DNA of 64,000 nucleotides from the human T2T-CHM13v2.0 reference genome, Homo sapiens: NCBI RefSeq assembly GCF_009914755.1, contig NC_060939.1. The stretch is one strand, 5' to 3'. Each line of letters starts with the position of its first letter. Within the stretch, counting starts at the first letter, position 1. Below are positions 16,015 through 58,783 of the stretch, in pieces. The position numbers and the translations under genes were made by a program. Below the pieces are notes generated by a model, which had not been told where the DNA came from, searched no databases, and saw only the letters and a program-made list of their open reading frames with translations.

Positions 16015-18440
16015 TTTTTAAATATACACATATATTTTATTTTAAAAAGCACAAGAACATTATACAAGTTTTAAATTTACATTTTTGCAATAAAAGTTAT
16101 CAATATATGCATTATTTGTATAACTTCATCATGGATGGAATTTGAATCAGTGGTATAAACATGTTGCAGTCACTAAATATAGATCATCATCACAGTGAAC
16201 CAAAATGCATAGTTGTTATGAAATGACAAATGACCACTAAAAGGTGAACTCACAGCCCATACACCAATATAATAAATTAATTATACAGATATATTTTTCT
16301 TCACCATATCATTAAAATTCTCACTAGCCCCTTACCAAACATTAGAAAAACACAGTTCTGGAGCCATCCTGTTGAACCAGTGCCTTCACATACTACACTA
16401 AAGAAAATAAAGTGACTCAGTTGCTTGTTTGTAAGTAAACTTCATAAGCATAATTGTTTGCAATGATTAAGGTAAATCACTAGGACATTTGAACATAATG
16501 AGAAATCCCTGGGGCTTGGGGCAGCACTGAGACATACGCTCATCTACAGTGCAAAAATCTGAATCAATCTCAATCAGTGGAACGCAATATGAAATGGGTT
16601 CTTTGGCAGTAAAGGTCTGGCTGGCCATTGCCAGACAGTCCCTCTGTCCTCTTGAGAGCCTAACTCCAGAATTTATTAAGTTAATATAAAAAGGACTAAA
16701 AATAAAGTCAGTTTATCTTTGCTAAATTGGGGCCCATCTATTAGGGTAGAAGTCAGTATCTTCTGTTTCCTATTCTAGCCCAGATTTCCCAGTCAAACAA
16801 TCCACTCAATACAATTATATAAGAAACAAACACACATGTTCAAATACTTTCATCATTCTGGCAAATCTGACAAACTGAATACTGAATTTCCTGATCCTTA
16901 CCTGTTATTGTTACAAATTGTTCACTAGACATGTATCTATTTATCCAGATACCTTCTGAATTGTAATTATTCAAGTAGAAAATCATGATTGTGATTCTGA
17001 CGCCTGCTCATGCCAATCCCTTACTGCAAAATCCACTTTTCTTTACATAAAAGTACCAAAAAAATCTAGCCCCAAATGTGCATCACTAATCACTTAGCAA
17101 ATATATTTTACTTGCTTGCCTTTGCTGAGCAAAAAGAAGGTAGGAAAACATTTACACACATATGTGAGACACTAATAGCCAAGGGCAAAATAAGATACAG
17201 TCTTTGAATGCATCTTTCAAGGTTCTAACATTACCCCAGAAACAACGTAAGTTAAAATGGAAGGTTTCCATTTATCTTCTGCTGTTTTATATCACAATCT
17301 CTTGATACAAAAAACAAAAGCCAGGAACCAAGAAGTCTATGCACAAATTCAGGAGAGCTCTATTATTTATAAACAAGATGGCTCAACCACAGCATGTTAT
17401 AACAGGACACAGACTATTGATCACATGGCTTTTTTGGTGGTTTGTACTAGTCATAAAACCAGAGTTTATGAAAAGGTTGCACACAGACAACATCAAGGAT
17501 TTGTCTTTTACAAAGATATAGAAGATTGCGGAATTGGTTTAAATCTGATTGTTCTAATTTACAGTTGTCATGATCCACTCATTGCGAGAATTTTCTCATC
17601 TTCATTCTACAGTTTTTACATCAGAATTACAAGAGGTTTCTGAGAGTCAAACAGGATGGTGCCACAATCTCCTTGCAGAATGAGATTTGCCTTTGGAAAA
17701 TGTCAAGTATTATTTCAAAACTCAACAAAGCTACTGGTAGTCAGAGGTGAGAACTGCAAGCTCTTTGTACCGTCAGGAATGAATAACAAATACATTACCC
17801 TAACTTTTCTTGAGGCCTACAGTGAGAAAAAAGCTTTTCCATATTGGCAGAAATCATCCTCTGTCCACATAGAGATTGAGTTTAATTTGTGGTGATAGCA
17901 GCAGGTGGCACATTAGGGGTATTTCCTTAAAAGAGAAATAATAAAAAATTTATTTTTGGAATCTTTCCCAAGTATATTGCATGGTTTCTGCAATTCTTCT
18001 TTAACTGCAAGGAAGACTATCACAGATTATTAGAATTTTGTCAGTGATCCAATGTCAGTTGAACTAAACTTGGGGGGAAAACACCAAATACAAAATTGCA
18101 GAAGAGTTAACCAACACATAAAATGTCTACAACTGTTTGACGTGACTTCATCTACCAAGTGGATGAAATAAAATGAAATGAGACAAATTATGAAGGGGAA
18201 TAAATTCCTGGAAATACTAGCACATAAAACAGATTGATCTATGTCCTTTTTTCCTGTGAAGCATATGTTTGCTAATTGAAAGCAATACTCCATTAAGAAA
18301 TATTTTATTGATGTAAGTGAACCTGGACATGGAGCAAAAGACCCTCCAATACTTTCCCAGCCCTCAGAAAGTTTTCCATAATTTTGAATCAGCCTTTACT
18401 ACTGTCGTCATTTGTGATTGTCTTGAGGCAGAGTTGGAGC
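16015..18440 (-). other. UBR1: UBR1 3'UTR, about 2.4 kb; distal end approximate
   Basis: AT-rich, repeat-free sequence continuing from the stop codon to an AATAAA at 16036-16041 with a downstream GU-rich tract. Confidence 0.8.
16036..16041 (-). terminator. Distal polyadenylation signal AATAAA of UBR1
   Basis: Plus-strand tttatt; on the minus strand it has UGUA elements upstream (plus taca near 16063 and 16078) and a downstream GU-rich element tgtttggggatttgggtttg (about 15977-15996). Confidence 0.7.
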
Positions 18441-18584
<144 letters not shown>

Positions 18585-19169
18585 TTAGGGAAAAAAGAAA
18601 AAACAACATGTAAGTTTGAATCTAGTAACTGCCACATCTTTATTGTCTAAATTAGTATGCACTCTTGAGATGTTCCTGGAGCCGGGAGGACTCACCAGCA
18701 CAGGGCTTAAAAAGGGATATTTCCCTTCACTAAGAACTTGACAGGCTACTTAGCTAATAAAGCAGAAATGTACTCCTTGACCATTCATAAAATAGGTCAG
18801 GTATATTATGGCATTATGGGACCTCACTTAAATGGTCACTGAGGTTTATAACTTGAAGCAGCACTATTCTTTTTTGGTGGTTAGCTTGAATAGCTTTTTG
18901 GCTTCATATTGTTATCTAGCTTCAATTTATGATCTTTGCACAGTAGAGGTTAGGCCTGACGTATAACACTAGGCCCTAAAATTATATTTTGCTACTCAGA
19001 GATATTTGGTTGTAACTGTCCTTACGATACAAAAAACTGGCTGGTTATTAGCAAATAATTTAATAAAATAATTATACTTCAATTCTAGAGTTGCACAGTT
19101 TTTAACACTGTATAACAGCTAATCCAAAATGACTTAAGTCTGGCTGTTGCCAGTAACGGAGAACTGTGA

Positions 19170-20257
<1,088 letters not shown>

Positions 20258-20460
20258 GTTTCAAGTATTGCAATGGAAACAATATCTCTAAAACAAACTT
20301 CATCACTGGACACTACAAACTTATACTATCAGTGTCAATCCTTTTAAGTAGTTCTGAAGAAAGGTTGATTACAAACAATAGAACACTGAAACATTAAGAT
20401 GGCTGGTGTCTTTAAAAATTTTGGGGAAACACTACCTTCAAATTTTGGAGAAGTTGTTGA

Positions 20461-22553
<2,093 letters not shown>

Positions 22554-22619
22554 AAAATTATGTGCTAAAGAATGACATCATATTTTTTAAATTTGAAGCC
22601 ATTTAAAAGATAGCTCTCA

Positions 22620-23242
<623 letters not shown>

Positions 23243-23363
23243 CAATTACCTTTTGTGATTAAAGAACTATTACCGTTTACATACAATAATGTGACTGAAA
23301 TAGAAAACAATCAACATAAAAGAGAACTTACTGAAACCTTCCTATTATATAAAAAAAATCTTA

Positions 23364-23495
<132 letters not shown>

Positions 23496-24326
23496 TTAAG
23501 TGTATGTGTGCAAATGATAGGCACTGCATCAATGTTAACCTAGAGAAAAGACGTGGCCAATATCTGTTAGATATTCAGTAAAAAGACAATATAAACAGAC
23601 AAATAGACTAAATTATGTTTTGTCTAAATAAAAGAGAACACTTATTGCTATTTCTGTTGAAGCTATAGAAAAGGAGCAGTGGATTTGGTGAAATGAGATC
23701 ATTTATACTGACGGAATCTGTTGAAGGGAGGAAACTGTCCTACTTCAGCCACAGACACCTTGGAAAATGGTGGCTGGGGTTGTTTCTATTCTAATTCCTG
23801 ACACAACCTGGAGAGGGGAGGGAACCTCACAGAAGAACAGAATCACATCTCCTAGTCTGATAACCTCAAGCCAGACAGAATATCAACTAGGGAAGTATGC
23901 CAGCTTTTCTGGTTAGAGCTGGCCTGAAACACTGCAGATTAAAAGAGCCACTACCACCCTGAAGGCACCTGGGACTTTTATGTCTCTTGGGAAATAGACA
24001 TAAAAAAGGCTTGCGTACACATATATGGGGGATAAGTACTTTACAGATAAATTATAAAATAAACAGCTGGGATAAGGTAGTGGGTTTACTTGCTGTGGGT
24101 TCCCTAAAAATAGGTGTTTGGGTTTGGCTTCCATACATTCTTTCCCCTTGGTTCAAAAGATGCCTATGAACAATGATTACATATTTCACAGTTAGAAAGA
24201 CATTTGGCTTTATGTAACAGAAACTGTGTTACATGAGGAGAGTGGAAAGAAAAAGGATATATATCCACTTTGAATTTTATTTCTCTGCAGGCAACTTAAA
24301 CTCTTTTTTCATAAATATAAGTGACT

Positions 24327-28298
<3,972 letters not shown>

Positions 28299-29334
28299 TT
28301 TAAACTGCACTCCTTTTTTTTGGTTCCTTCAAATGACAGCAAGTTATTTCACATATGACTGAGGACTACTACATGAAAGCAGTTAATTATGACTACTAAC
28401 TGCTATCCTTAAAACAAAATGTAAGAGTTATGTGTATTTACTGAGATCTTGAATTAATTTAAGTATTTTACTAAAACGTCTGGCTGCTGCATAATGCTTA
28501 GTAATATTACAAAACTCTTAAAGGAGCTTTGGAATTCTTGCAATTTGGAAAAAGGATGATTACTTACTAGTAAATCAATAAAGTCTTGAATAGGCTTTGT
28601 TTTTCAGGCTACTGAGATTCTTGTCTTTTAATTACAAGTTACTACTTGTTACATGTCATCATTATCAATGTGGTTTGCTATGGGAGGTGATATGATGCCT
28701 CCTGAGTATCCAGAATACATAGTTACATCAACAGAAGTTTTGGCTTAGTATTTTCAAGACATAATGCATTATGATTCAAATATGAAGTATTCACCCCCCA
28801 ATGGTGAAAGCAGATGTGAATATAATTCCTCCATTCAGTGACATCTCACTGGTGGTGGTCATGATTCATGCTACTCAAATAACTTACAACATATTATAGC
28901 AAGGTAAGCATAATAAGATACAAAATTATGTTTAAGCTACAGGACATTATTTTATCATGTAGACACATGTTTAGGCTTATGCTCTTACAGAAGTAACTAA
29001 TAGGTAAGTCACACACAATGTTAAAAATGAGTACCTGTATATTGTTAACCTATTTTGTTTTCACCAGTCTTTGTTATCATCCAGTTCTTTTTCCACTTGA
29101 AATTATCAGTGAAAGGGGTGAAAGAGATAAAAAAGTTTGGGAACCACTGCTTTAGAGTGGTTTGATTGAGGTGGGGGGATGGTGCCAAAAAAGCCTAAGC
29201 GGGTGTACTCCACTCTTCAAGCTTGAACCTGAGTCACGATGCTATTACCTGTTCTGCTGTTTAATGGGCTTCCATGTAAGATTTTGTTTAATAACGGTTC
29301 TTGTGGCTTAAAAAACAACAACAAAAAAAGATTA

Positions 29335-30637
<1,303 letters not shown>

Positions 30638-30693
30638 TGACAACCACTGTTATGAAGGATACTCAGAGGTCACCGCTAAAAAAGGAAATTTGT

Positions 30694-32458
<1,765 letters not shown>

Positions 32459-33692
32459 TTAAATTTTATAATTATTTCTATACTCAGCTAAAAATGATCT
32501 CTAAGACTAACCTTGCCTCATTAACAATCTTTTCCTCTTTAAATTTCTATAGCACTAATGGTATATTCCATACATCATTATACTTTATGTTATAATGTCT
32601 TAAGTTTTATGTTCATAACTAGATTGTAGATGACTCATGACCAAAAGCTATGTTACCTCTTTTAAATTTTCCAGAGTATTTCAGTACCATGCTGGGTAAA
32701 TAGCAGATGTATAAAAGGTGTACAGTGAATTGAAATAAAGGAAAAATTGTGTGAGATTAACAGTCCAAAAATATGTATTCATATCTTAAACTTTTCTTTT
32801 TTCTCTACTCGAAGATCTTTTCTTAGTGATGTGACTCCTACTGCATCTGAGCACAGAGGCTGGATCTATTATCACTAAATCTCTAAAGATGTGTTACAAG
32901 TGAAAGCAGCATATGCACATGTACAGTGGAGGTGAAAGGAGTTCCAGGGTGAGAGAAGATGAGAAAAGGCGGCAAATGTGCACTGTCTTGAAGTTTGCTT
33001 TATCCACAGGAAAATGGTACTAGTGTTGGTATTTAAAGCTGGGAGTCAATTCCTCCACTTGTTTATAGATGTGATTCAAGTGAGTAAAATTAGACACCGT
33101 ATACAATACCAGTCAGGCCCTCGGAGGGGATACAAAGACAATAAGCATGCAGTTCTTATTCGTCAGTTATTCTGGGTGCAAACAAGTGGACATTTATGAG
33201 AGAGACTATATTAGGGGAGGCTTCATGGAGGAGGTGGCATTTAAATTAGTACTTAAGAAGTAGATTTTGTTAGAGACAACTTAAGGGAGATAAGAGGGCT
33301 GAAGAAAAGTTTTTGGGGTAGTTTCTAAGGACACAGGAAGGAAAAAGGATATAGTTCTATGTATATCTTGCTTTATTCTAACAAAAAAAATCAAAAACAA
33401 AAGTGGCTTATAGAAATATTGTAAACCACTACCTTTTGAAGTTAATACACCAGCAGCTCCATGATGCCTCCTCCAACTTTGCCTTTTGACAGGTATGTGC
33501 TAGCTTAAAAAAGATTCTCTTAAGAGGAACTGCTGGCTTCTAATAATCTAAGAGGAAAAGGACAGCCACTCCAAGAAAAAAACATTTGTAGGAAGAATCT
33601 GATTTCTGGCAAAGACCTAACAGAAATCAGGAACACTGTACTGAGTGAGAATGAAGAAAGCAGACTAGAAACTATGCTCAACAAATCAACTA

Positions 33693-33848
<156 letters not shown>

Positions 33849-33878
33849 TCAATGCATGATTTGTCAACAAGCCATTCT

Positions 33879-36122
<2,244 letters not shown>

Positions 36123-37038
36123 TGAACTAGAACAGCAATTAAGACTTTTCTACTCCAAGAATATAAAAGTAAAATTAGTTAACCTACTGTGATTGTACTC
36201 AACACAAAGCATGATACTGATTTTCTTAAACAATTCATTTTGATCACGCTAGAGATCAGAATATTTCGAGAGAAATGAGGAAGCAAAGAAAAGAACCCAA
36301 CACAGAGAACCCACTGCACAAGAAGGGTGGTAGGAGACAGAAGCCAACGTTCACACAAATACTGACCTGGGTATTTAAAAAAAAGACAATTAAAGAAAAA
36401 GGTAGAAAGCAAGGAGAATAAAGGAAATGATGGGCAAGGAAAGCAATACAGTGAGAGCTGATTATAAAAATGATAGAAAATGGTGCAGGCAAAGATAGGG
36501 TAAGAAGACTGGAGGTTAGCAGCATTGACAGTGCACAAGAGGGCCAGTAACCAATAGGGTAAAAAGTTTTTCTGAAAGAAGGACACATTTCTCTCTTGGA
36601 AATTTAACTGAAGTATTTTTTTTGATCTACCAAATGACCTTCCTTCTTTTCTCAGTCACTCTCCTGATACATGCGCTACCATGTGAGATATGCTCCTATT
36701 TTGGATACAGTTCCAATTTGGGTTCTTTTGATACTAACTGTGACTTTATGCCTGCTAGCAAAATCCCCACCCCCCACCCCCAATTTAAAACAGATGAGAC
36801 ACCAGCTGTGGGGAAAGTAAATAAAATGAATGATAGTTATAGTGGAGCAAGCAGAAATTCCAACTGCCTATGGCTGTTGATCTTATCCCCACTTCTTAAG
36901 TGTGTAACTTAGGAATCTCCTATACTTTTGCCACCCCTTTAATCAGTGCTGATTGAACTAAAAGCTTAGCAAGTAATTGTAATTTTAAAATTTCAAATTG
37001 TATAATAACCCAACAACAATATTTTACCCCCATAGTAC

Positions 37039-37147
37039 CTCTGGAGCAAGGGCCTTACAGTATCCCAATATTCCTGGAAGAGCAGGAACAAATTTGTAGG
37101 TAAAGATAGATAGCTACAGAGTGCACTGTACTCTCCTTCTGCAGAAT
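37039..37147 (-). CDS. UBR1: UBR1 coding exon (probably exon 42), 109 nt
   Basis: tctcttgcag|AT TCT GCA...CTC CAG AG|gtacta; (N)[35 protein letters not shown](R). Confidence 0.95.
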
Positions 37148-37291
37148 CTGCAAGAGAATAAAAATACATTTAATAAGCACATTATTCTTACCTGGTCAAT
37201 CTGTGCATTAGAGTTTCTTCACTGTTTATGCTTATTTCTACACTCTCCTTGTAGAGGGTATATTGCTTATTCTATAAAACCATGGGTGGCA

Positions 37292-41629
<4,338 letters not shown>

Positions 41630-41645
41630 TTCATAACTGATTATT

Positions 41646-43514
41646 ATTATTATTATTATGCACGTGCAGAACGTGCAGGTTTGTTATATAGGTACACATG
41701 TGTCATGGTGGAGGTTTGCTGCACCCAGCAACCCGTCATCTACATTAGGTATTTTTCCTAATGCTATCCCTCCCCTTTTCCCCCAGCCCCTGACAGGCCC
41801 TGGTGTGTGATGTTCCCCTCCCTGTGCCCATATGTTCTCATTGTTCAACTCCTACTTGTGAGAACATGCGGCATTTGGCTTTCTGTTCCTGTGTTAGTTT
41901 GCTGAGAATGATGGTTTCCAGCTTCATCCATATCCCTGCAAAAGACATGAACTCATTCTTTTTTATGGCTGTATGATATTCCATGGTGTGTATGTGCCAC
42001 ATTTGCTTTATCCAGTTTAACACTGATAGGCATTTGGGTTGGTTCCAAGTCTTTGCTACTGTGAATGGTGCTGCAATAAACATATGTGTGCATGTGTCTT
42101 TATAGTAGAATGATTTATAATCCTTTGGGTATATATCTAGTAATGGGATTGCTGGGTCAAAGGGTATTTCTAGTTCTAGATCCTTGAGGAATCGCCACAC
42201 TGTCTTCCACAATTGTTGAACTAATTTACACTCCCACCAACAGTGTAAAAGTGTTCCTATTTCTCCACATCCTCTCCAGCACCTGTTGTTTCCTGACTTT
42301 TTAATGATTGCCATTCTAACTGGCATGAAATGGTATCCCATTGTGCTTTTGAGTTGCATTTCTCTAATGACCAGTGATGATGAGCTTTTTTACATGTTTG
42401 TTGGCCGCATAAATGTCTTCTTTTGAAAAGTGTCTGTTCATATCCTTCGCCCACTTTCTGATAGAGTTGTTTGCTTTTTTCTTGTAAATTTGTTTAAGTT
42501 CTTTGTAGATTCTGGATATTAGCCCTTTGTCAGATGGATAGATTGCAAAAATTTTTTCCTGTTCTGTAGGTTGCCTGTTCACTCTGATGATAGTTTCTTT
42601 TGCTGTGCAGAGGCTCTTTTGTTTAATTATATCCCATTTGTCAATTTTGGCTTTTGTTGCAATTGCTTTTGGTGTTTTAGTCATGAAGTCTTTGCCCATG
42701 CCTATGTCCTGAATGGCCCAAAAACTCCTTAAGCTGACAGGCAACTTCAGCAAAGTCTCAGGATACAAAATCAATGTGCAAAAATCACAAGCATCCCTAT
42801 ACACCAATAATAGACAAACAGGGAGCCAAATCATGAGCAAACTCTCATTCACAATTGCTACAAAGAGAATACCTAGGAATACAACTTAAAAGGGATGTGA
42901 AGGACTTCTTCAAGGAGAACTACAAACCACTGCTCAAGGAAATAAGAGAGTACACAAACAAATGGAAAAACATTCCATGTTCACAGACAGGAAGAATCAA
43001 TGTCGTGAAAATGGTCGTACTGCTCAAAGTAATTTATAGATTCAATGCTATCCCCATCAAGCTACCACTGACTTTCTTCACAGAATTAGAAAAAACTACT
43101 TTAAATTTCACATGGAACCAAAAAAGAGCCCGTATAGCCAAGACAATCCTAAGCAAAAAGAACAAAGCTGGAGGTATCACGCTACCTGACTTCAGACTAT
43201 ACTACAAGGCCACAATAACCAAAACAGCATGGTACTGGTACCAAAACAGATATATAGACCAATGGAACAGAACAGAGGCCTCAGAAATAACACCACACAT
43301 CTACAACCATGTGATCTTTGACAAACCTGACAAAAACAAGCAATGGGGAAAGGACTCCCTATTTAATAAATGGTGTTGGGAAAACTGTCTAGCCATATGC
43401 AGAAAACTGAAACTACACCCCTTCCTTACACCTTACATAAAAATTAACTCAAGATGGATTAAAGATTTAAATGTAAGACCTAAACCATAAAAACCCTACA
43501 AGAAAACCTAGGCA
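41646..43514 (-). mobile_element. 5'-truncated and 5'-inverted L1PA (about L1PA6-8)
   Basis: 3' part on minus 41646-42716, inverted ORF2 part on plus 42716-43517; TSD ataactgattatt at 41633-41645 and 43515-43527. Confidence 0.93.
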
Positions 43515-43624
43515 ATAACTGATTATTTTTAACTGGAATTTAAATGATTCAAATGTTACGTTGCCAAACAACTGAACAAGAAATGGAATTATTACAATAG
43601 ACTGAACTAATGGATTGTTACTCA

Positions 43625-43750
<126 letters not shown>

Positions 43751-43822
43751 CTATTCAGTTTACAAATTAGACTTTAATTTCATTGTTCCAAGACAATAAA
43801 CAACGTAGATTCATTCAACTGA

Positions 43823-49128
<5,306 letters not shown>

Positions 49129-49739
49129 CCCAGACTTTGCTTCCTATTAAAAACCAGACTCCAAAAGAAAAACTGTATCATCATTCCATAATGTTGTATT
49201 ACTAATGTATCTTCAAATGAACATTAATTCAAAAGACATTTAATGAGTGTTTACTGGGTTTAACAAGTGTTACCAGATACTTGCAGTTTTAGAGGGAAGA
49301 TGTTGATATTTCATTGTTTCCTATCATCAAGAAACTTACACTGAGGACAAAGGAGCAGAGAGAGAGGAGAAACAGGGAAAGGAGCAGAACAACAGTAAGA
49401 TATAACCAGAAATAACTATAAAACAAGATACTAATGATAAATGCTACAAGGGGAAGAAAGTACTATCATTCTAGCTGAAGGAATTAAGAATGGTTTTAGG
49501 GACCTCCTTATCAAAAGGTTGAAAAAACTCATGTAGGGACAGACCTCGAGGATGGGGAATTTGAAAAAGAGGGAAAAGCAGGTCCAAGTGGTCTCCCTGC
49601 ATATCTGTAGAGCAGTTGATAATTAGGTAGTTTCACCTAATTATCTTTTTCACAGCTTATTCTACCTTTCCTTGTTTAAACAGTATCCATTAAAAAACAG
49701 ATAAATAATCATTCAACAAAAAACATAACACAGAACCTA

Positions 49740-49982
<243 letters not shown>

Positions 49983-50225
49983 CTATGAGAGAAAAATGGA
50001 CATCAATATGGCTAATGATAAAAGACTAACATAAATTAATGTCATAACTAAATGTGAAGGGCAGCAGATGCTACACAGTGTTTGTGTGTGTGTTTTTTAA
50101 TAAAAACCATATTTTTCTTATTTATTCAATAGAATATCTTAGAATATAATGTACCATAAATGGAGGACGATGATCACCACCAAATAGGTTATCCCTTTGC
50201 TGTGTCTACTTATTGTAGGTCTAGG

Positions 50226-50406
50226 TAGTGGTTCTGAACTCTGGCTCAAAGATTCAACATTACAGGAGTTCTTAAAACAATACTGACACAGAGGCCCTAC
50301 CCTAGTCCAACCAAATGAGAATCTCTTGGGGTAGGGCCTAGTTAATAGCATTCTTTTCAAAGTTCCCCAGGAGATTCCAAAAGACAGTCAGGGTTGATGA
50401 CCACTG
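50226..50406. mobile_element. MER5A-like hAT element
   Basis: agtggttct...gaatctcttggggtagggcct...aagttccccaggagattc...gaccactg termini and internal motifs. Confidence 0.75.
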
Positions 50407-50982
50407 GGTAGAGGCCTAGATAATGAGGGGGATGAGGATGTTGGCTACCCCTGCATCCATAAACTCCATGCTCCCAATCTCAATACTGCTTTCTCTACGG
50501 AACTTGGTTTGAAGGAATGAGATCATCACAGGAATGGAAAATCTCTACAAAAAACTAAGGGCAGTTGCCATCCATCCATAGGTGTTTTGAGGAAGCCTAG
50601 ATACACCCATGGTCTGGTCCTCATCACCAAATAATTAATGATTTTAAGAGAGCTCACACAGTCATTGACTGCATATCATATATACAACTTAAGAAAAAGG
50701 CCAGAAGAGGAGCATAATATGAATTAGAAAAGGCTTGTCTGTACAGACACCCACTAATGTAATCAACCAGGACAAGACCTATTACAAATTGAAGTGCTTT
50801 TTTTTTTTTTTTTTAATGATTTTGACAGTCTCCATCAAATCTGTACCTATTTGTAAACAATGGACAGGAGAGACCAAACTTTATAGATTAAACACAAAGA
50901 ATTTATAATCTTGAACAAAGGGCATGAATTTAAATGAGGAAAATACAAGAAATTATCAACATGAGTGACTTAAACAAAATTA

Positions 50983-51093
<111 letters not shown>

Positions 51094-51828
51094 TCAGTAA
51101 GATAGCAGTGTAGGTAAATAAAATGCAAGCTAAAAACACCTAAACCAAACATATAACAGGGTTATAAAATACAGAAACTAATACATCACACCTTTGAGAT
51201 ATGAAAACCATAATGAGAGACAAACTGAACTGAGAAAAGGCTGCTAGAAAGCCTTGGATACAGTTTAAGGGTTAAAAGGTAAAATCTAGGTGGAAATGGC
51301 ACGTGAACTAGGACAACTGAAATATAGAGATTGTTAAAGAAACATTTGTTGAATGAATGAGAAGAGTTACTTTTATACAATGTTCCCTTTATCACTTGTT
51401 TTCTGACTTCCATTTCTAAACGTTCTGTGATACATAATATGTGAACAAAATTGGGGTTGTGAGTGGGAAGAACATGCAAAACAGAGTAGGTAAAATGAGG
51501 ATGGAGAAGATCATCCTGAACAAAATTAGATAATGGTTTATATAGATTGTTCATCTGGAGGAAATGCAAACAGCTCAAAAGCTACTTAATCTTTCTAATC
51601 TGGTCCGTGCCTAAGGAAAAGCTGTAATTCCAAAAGTGAGAGCAAGAGTGGCAAAGAAGTGAAATTAATAAGTCAGGACAAGAGGAATGGTTTTGTTTAT
51701 ATAAAAATGAAGGAATTATTGTAGGTCTAGGTATTGGTTCTGAACTCTGGCTCAGAAGATTCAACATCACATAAATAAAGCTGTTATTTTTAAAAATGAG
51801 GGAGAAGACTCTTTTCAGACTAGGTAAA

Positions 51829-56821
<4,993 letters not shown>

Positions 56822-56844
56822 CACAAGTTTTACAGAGGCAGCTA

Positions 56845-57111
<267 letters not shown>

Positions 57112-58004
57112 CTAGATTGTAAGAGAGAAGGAAGATAAAAAGATGAGGGAAGATGAGAGACCTAAGTCATCCACTTAAGAGTTGGTAAAAACCAACTCTA
57201 GTTTGTCGGAATTAGCTGCAGACTCATTATATACCTTATATCATTGCAAATAAATTACAATATTCTTAATACCTGTACAAGGTTTTATGGCCTTGCTAAA
57301 TTTCTAATAGATTTTCTTATAAAAAAGTGGTATTAAAGCTATAATTATTTTAATTTTCACATAAAAAGTGTTTTCCCCAGAGCTGAGCACACTGTGTACC
57401 ACAAGTCTTCTAGTCTTCTGTGCCAGCTGTCAGAAAAATAAGAGGGAAATGGCAGGGAAGGAATGGCAACCTCAATTACCCCTTTTGTCTTCACAGGGCT
57501 ACTCTGCATATTTCTTTAGTACTGTTTTCCAGGGATCACTATGTAAAGAGGTTTAGGCCTGGGGCAGGAGTAGAGTCCTACAGTAGTGTCAGTATCTGCC
57601 CATCAAGGAGTCATGTCTTAATTTTATTTTTGAATTCAGTATGATGATTCATCCAGAGCTAAGCCAGCATTAATACTCAATGTTATATAATGGTGTAAAA
57701 TTAGTGAGAAGGAAAAATATAGGAAACATCAGGATTTTGAAATGTAACAAACAAAGGGAGAAAAAGTAATCATCACATGAAATCTCTGTATGAATTACAC
57801 TTAACCTCTGAGATTGAGTAAGCGCTGTAAAGTGCACATGCTATTCAGTTTCCTATAAGACTGATGCAGTTCCTTTTTTCCCCACTATAGAATTCTGCTA
57901 ATTTTTACAGAAAATGAGTAAAGATTTTTTGTTTTTAATAATAAACTGTGGGGGGGAAAAAAGGCATGCCATGAGTTACATGTACCTTGTTGGAATATAC
58001 ATAC

Positions 58005-58060
58005 CTGCCTATTTTGAAGTGCTCCAAACAGAGGTTTTCCTTCATCTCCCAATAGATTTT
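58005..58060 (-). CDS. UBR1: UBR1 coding exon (probably exon 36), 56 nt
   Basis: attctttgag|AA AAT CTA...AAT AGG CAG|gtatgt; (E)NLLGDEGKPLFGALQNRQ. Confidence 0.95.
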
Positions 58061-58389
58061 CTCAAAGAATAAAAAAAAATAAAAATAATAAATCCTGAAT
58101 AGTGCTATAATCATATACTGTACTTTTTATCAAATGTTCTTTAATAATATTTTTGATGAGATGATTTGCATTTTTCCCCTTCAAAGTCTTGTGTTTTAAG
58201 TCTATGCCAAAATTTTCCAATTTTTGAGTGAGAGAAAATTAGAGAATCAAATGTATATCATTTACAAATTACTAGCATAAAAAATAAAGCACCTGCAGCA
58301 ATCTTATAAGAATGCTTGGGAAAAACAAAGCAGCCTGGACTGCTTCTTCTCATTTCAGCATCTTTTTTATGCAAAATTTTCTAAAATAA

Positions 58390-58783
<394 letters not shown>

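Noticed and set aside
17257-17643. 128-aa ATG-initiated ORF in repeat-free DNA
   Set aside because: Antisense to the UBR1 3'UTR, no recognisable domain or exon context; chance ORF is the simplest explanation
36179-36588. Hydrophobic 135-aa and 110-aa ORFs resembling membrane proteins
   Set aside because: Product of a purine/pyrimidine-skewed intronic tract (Phe/Leu/Ser-rich); the UBR1 reading frame is complete without it
42364-42852. 162-aa ORF that looks like a novel fusion protein
   Set aside because: Reads across the L1 inversion junction (antisense ORF2 then sense ORF2), a by-product of the inversion
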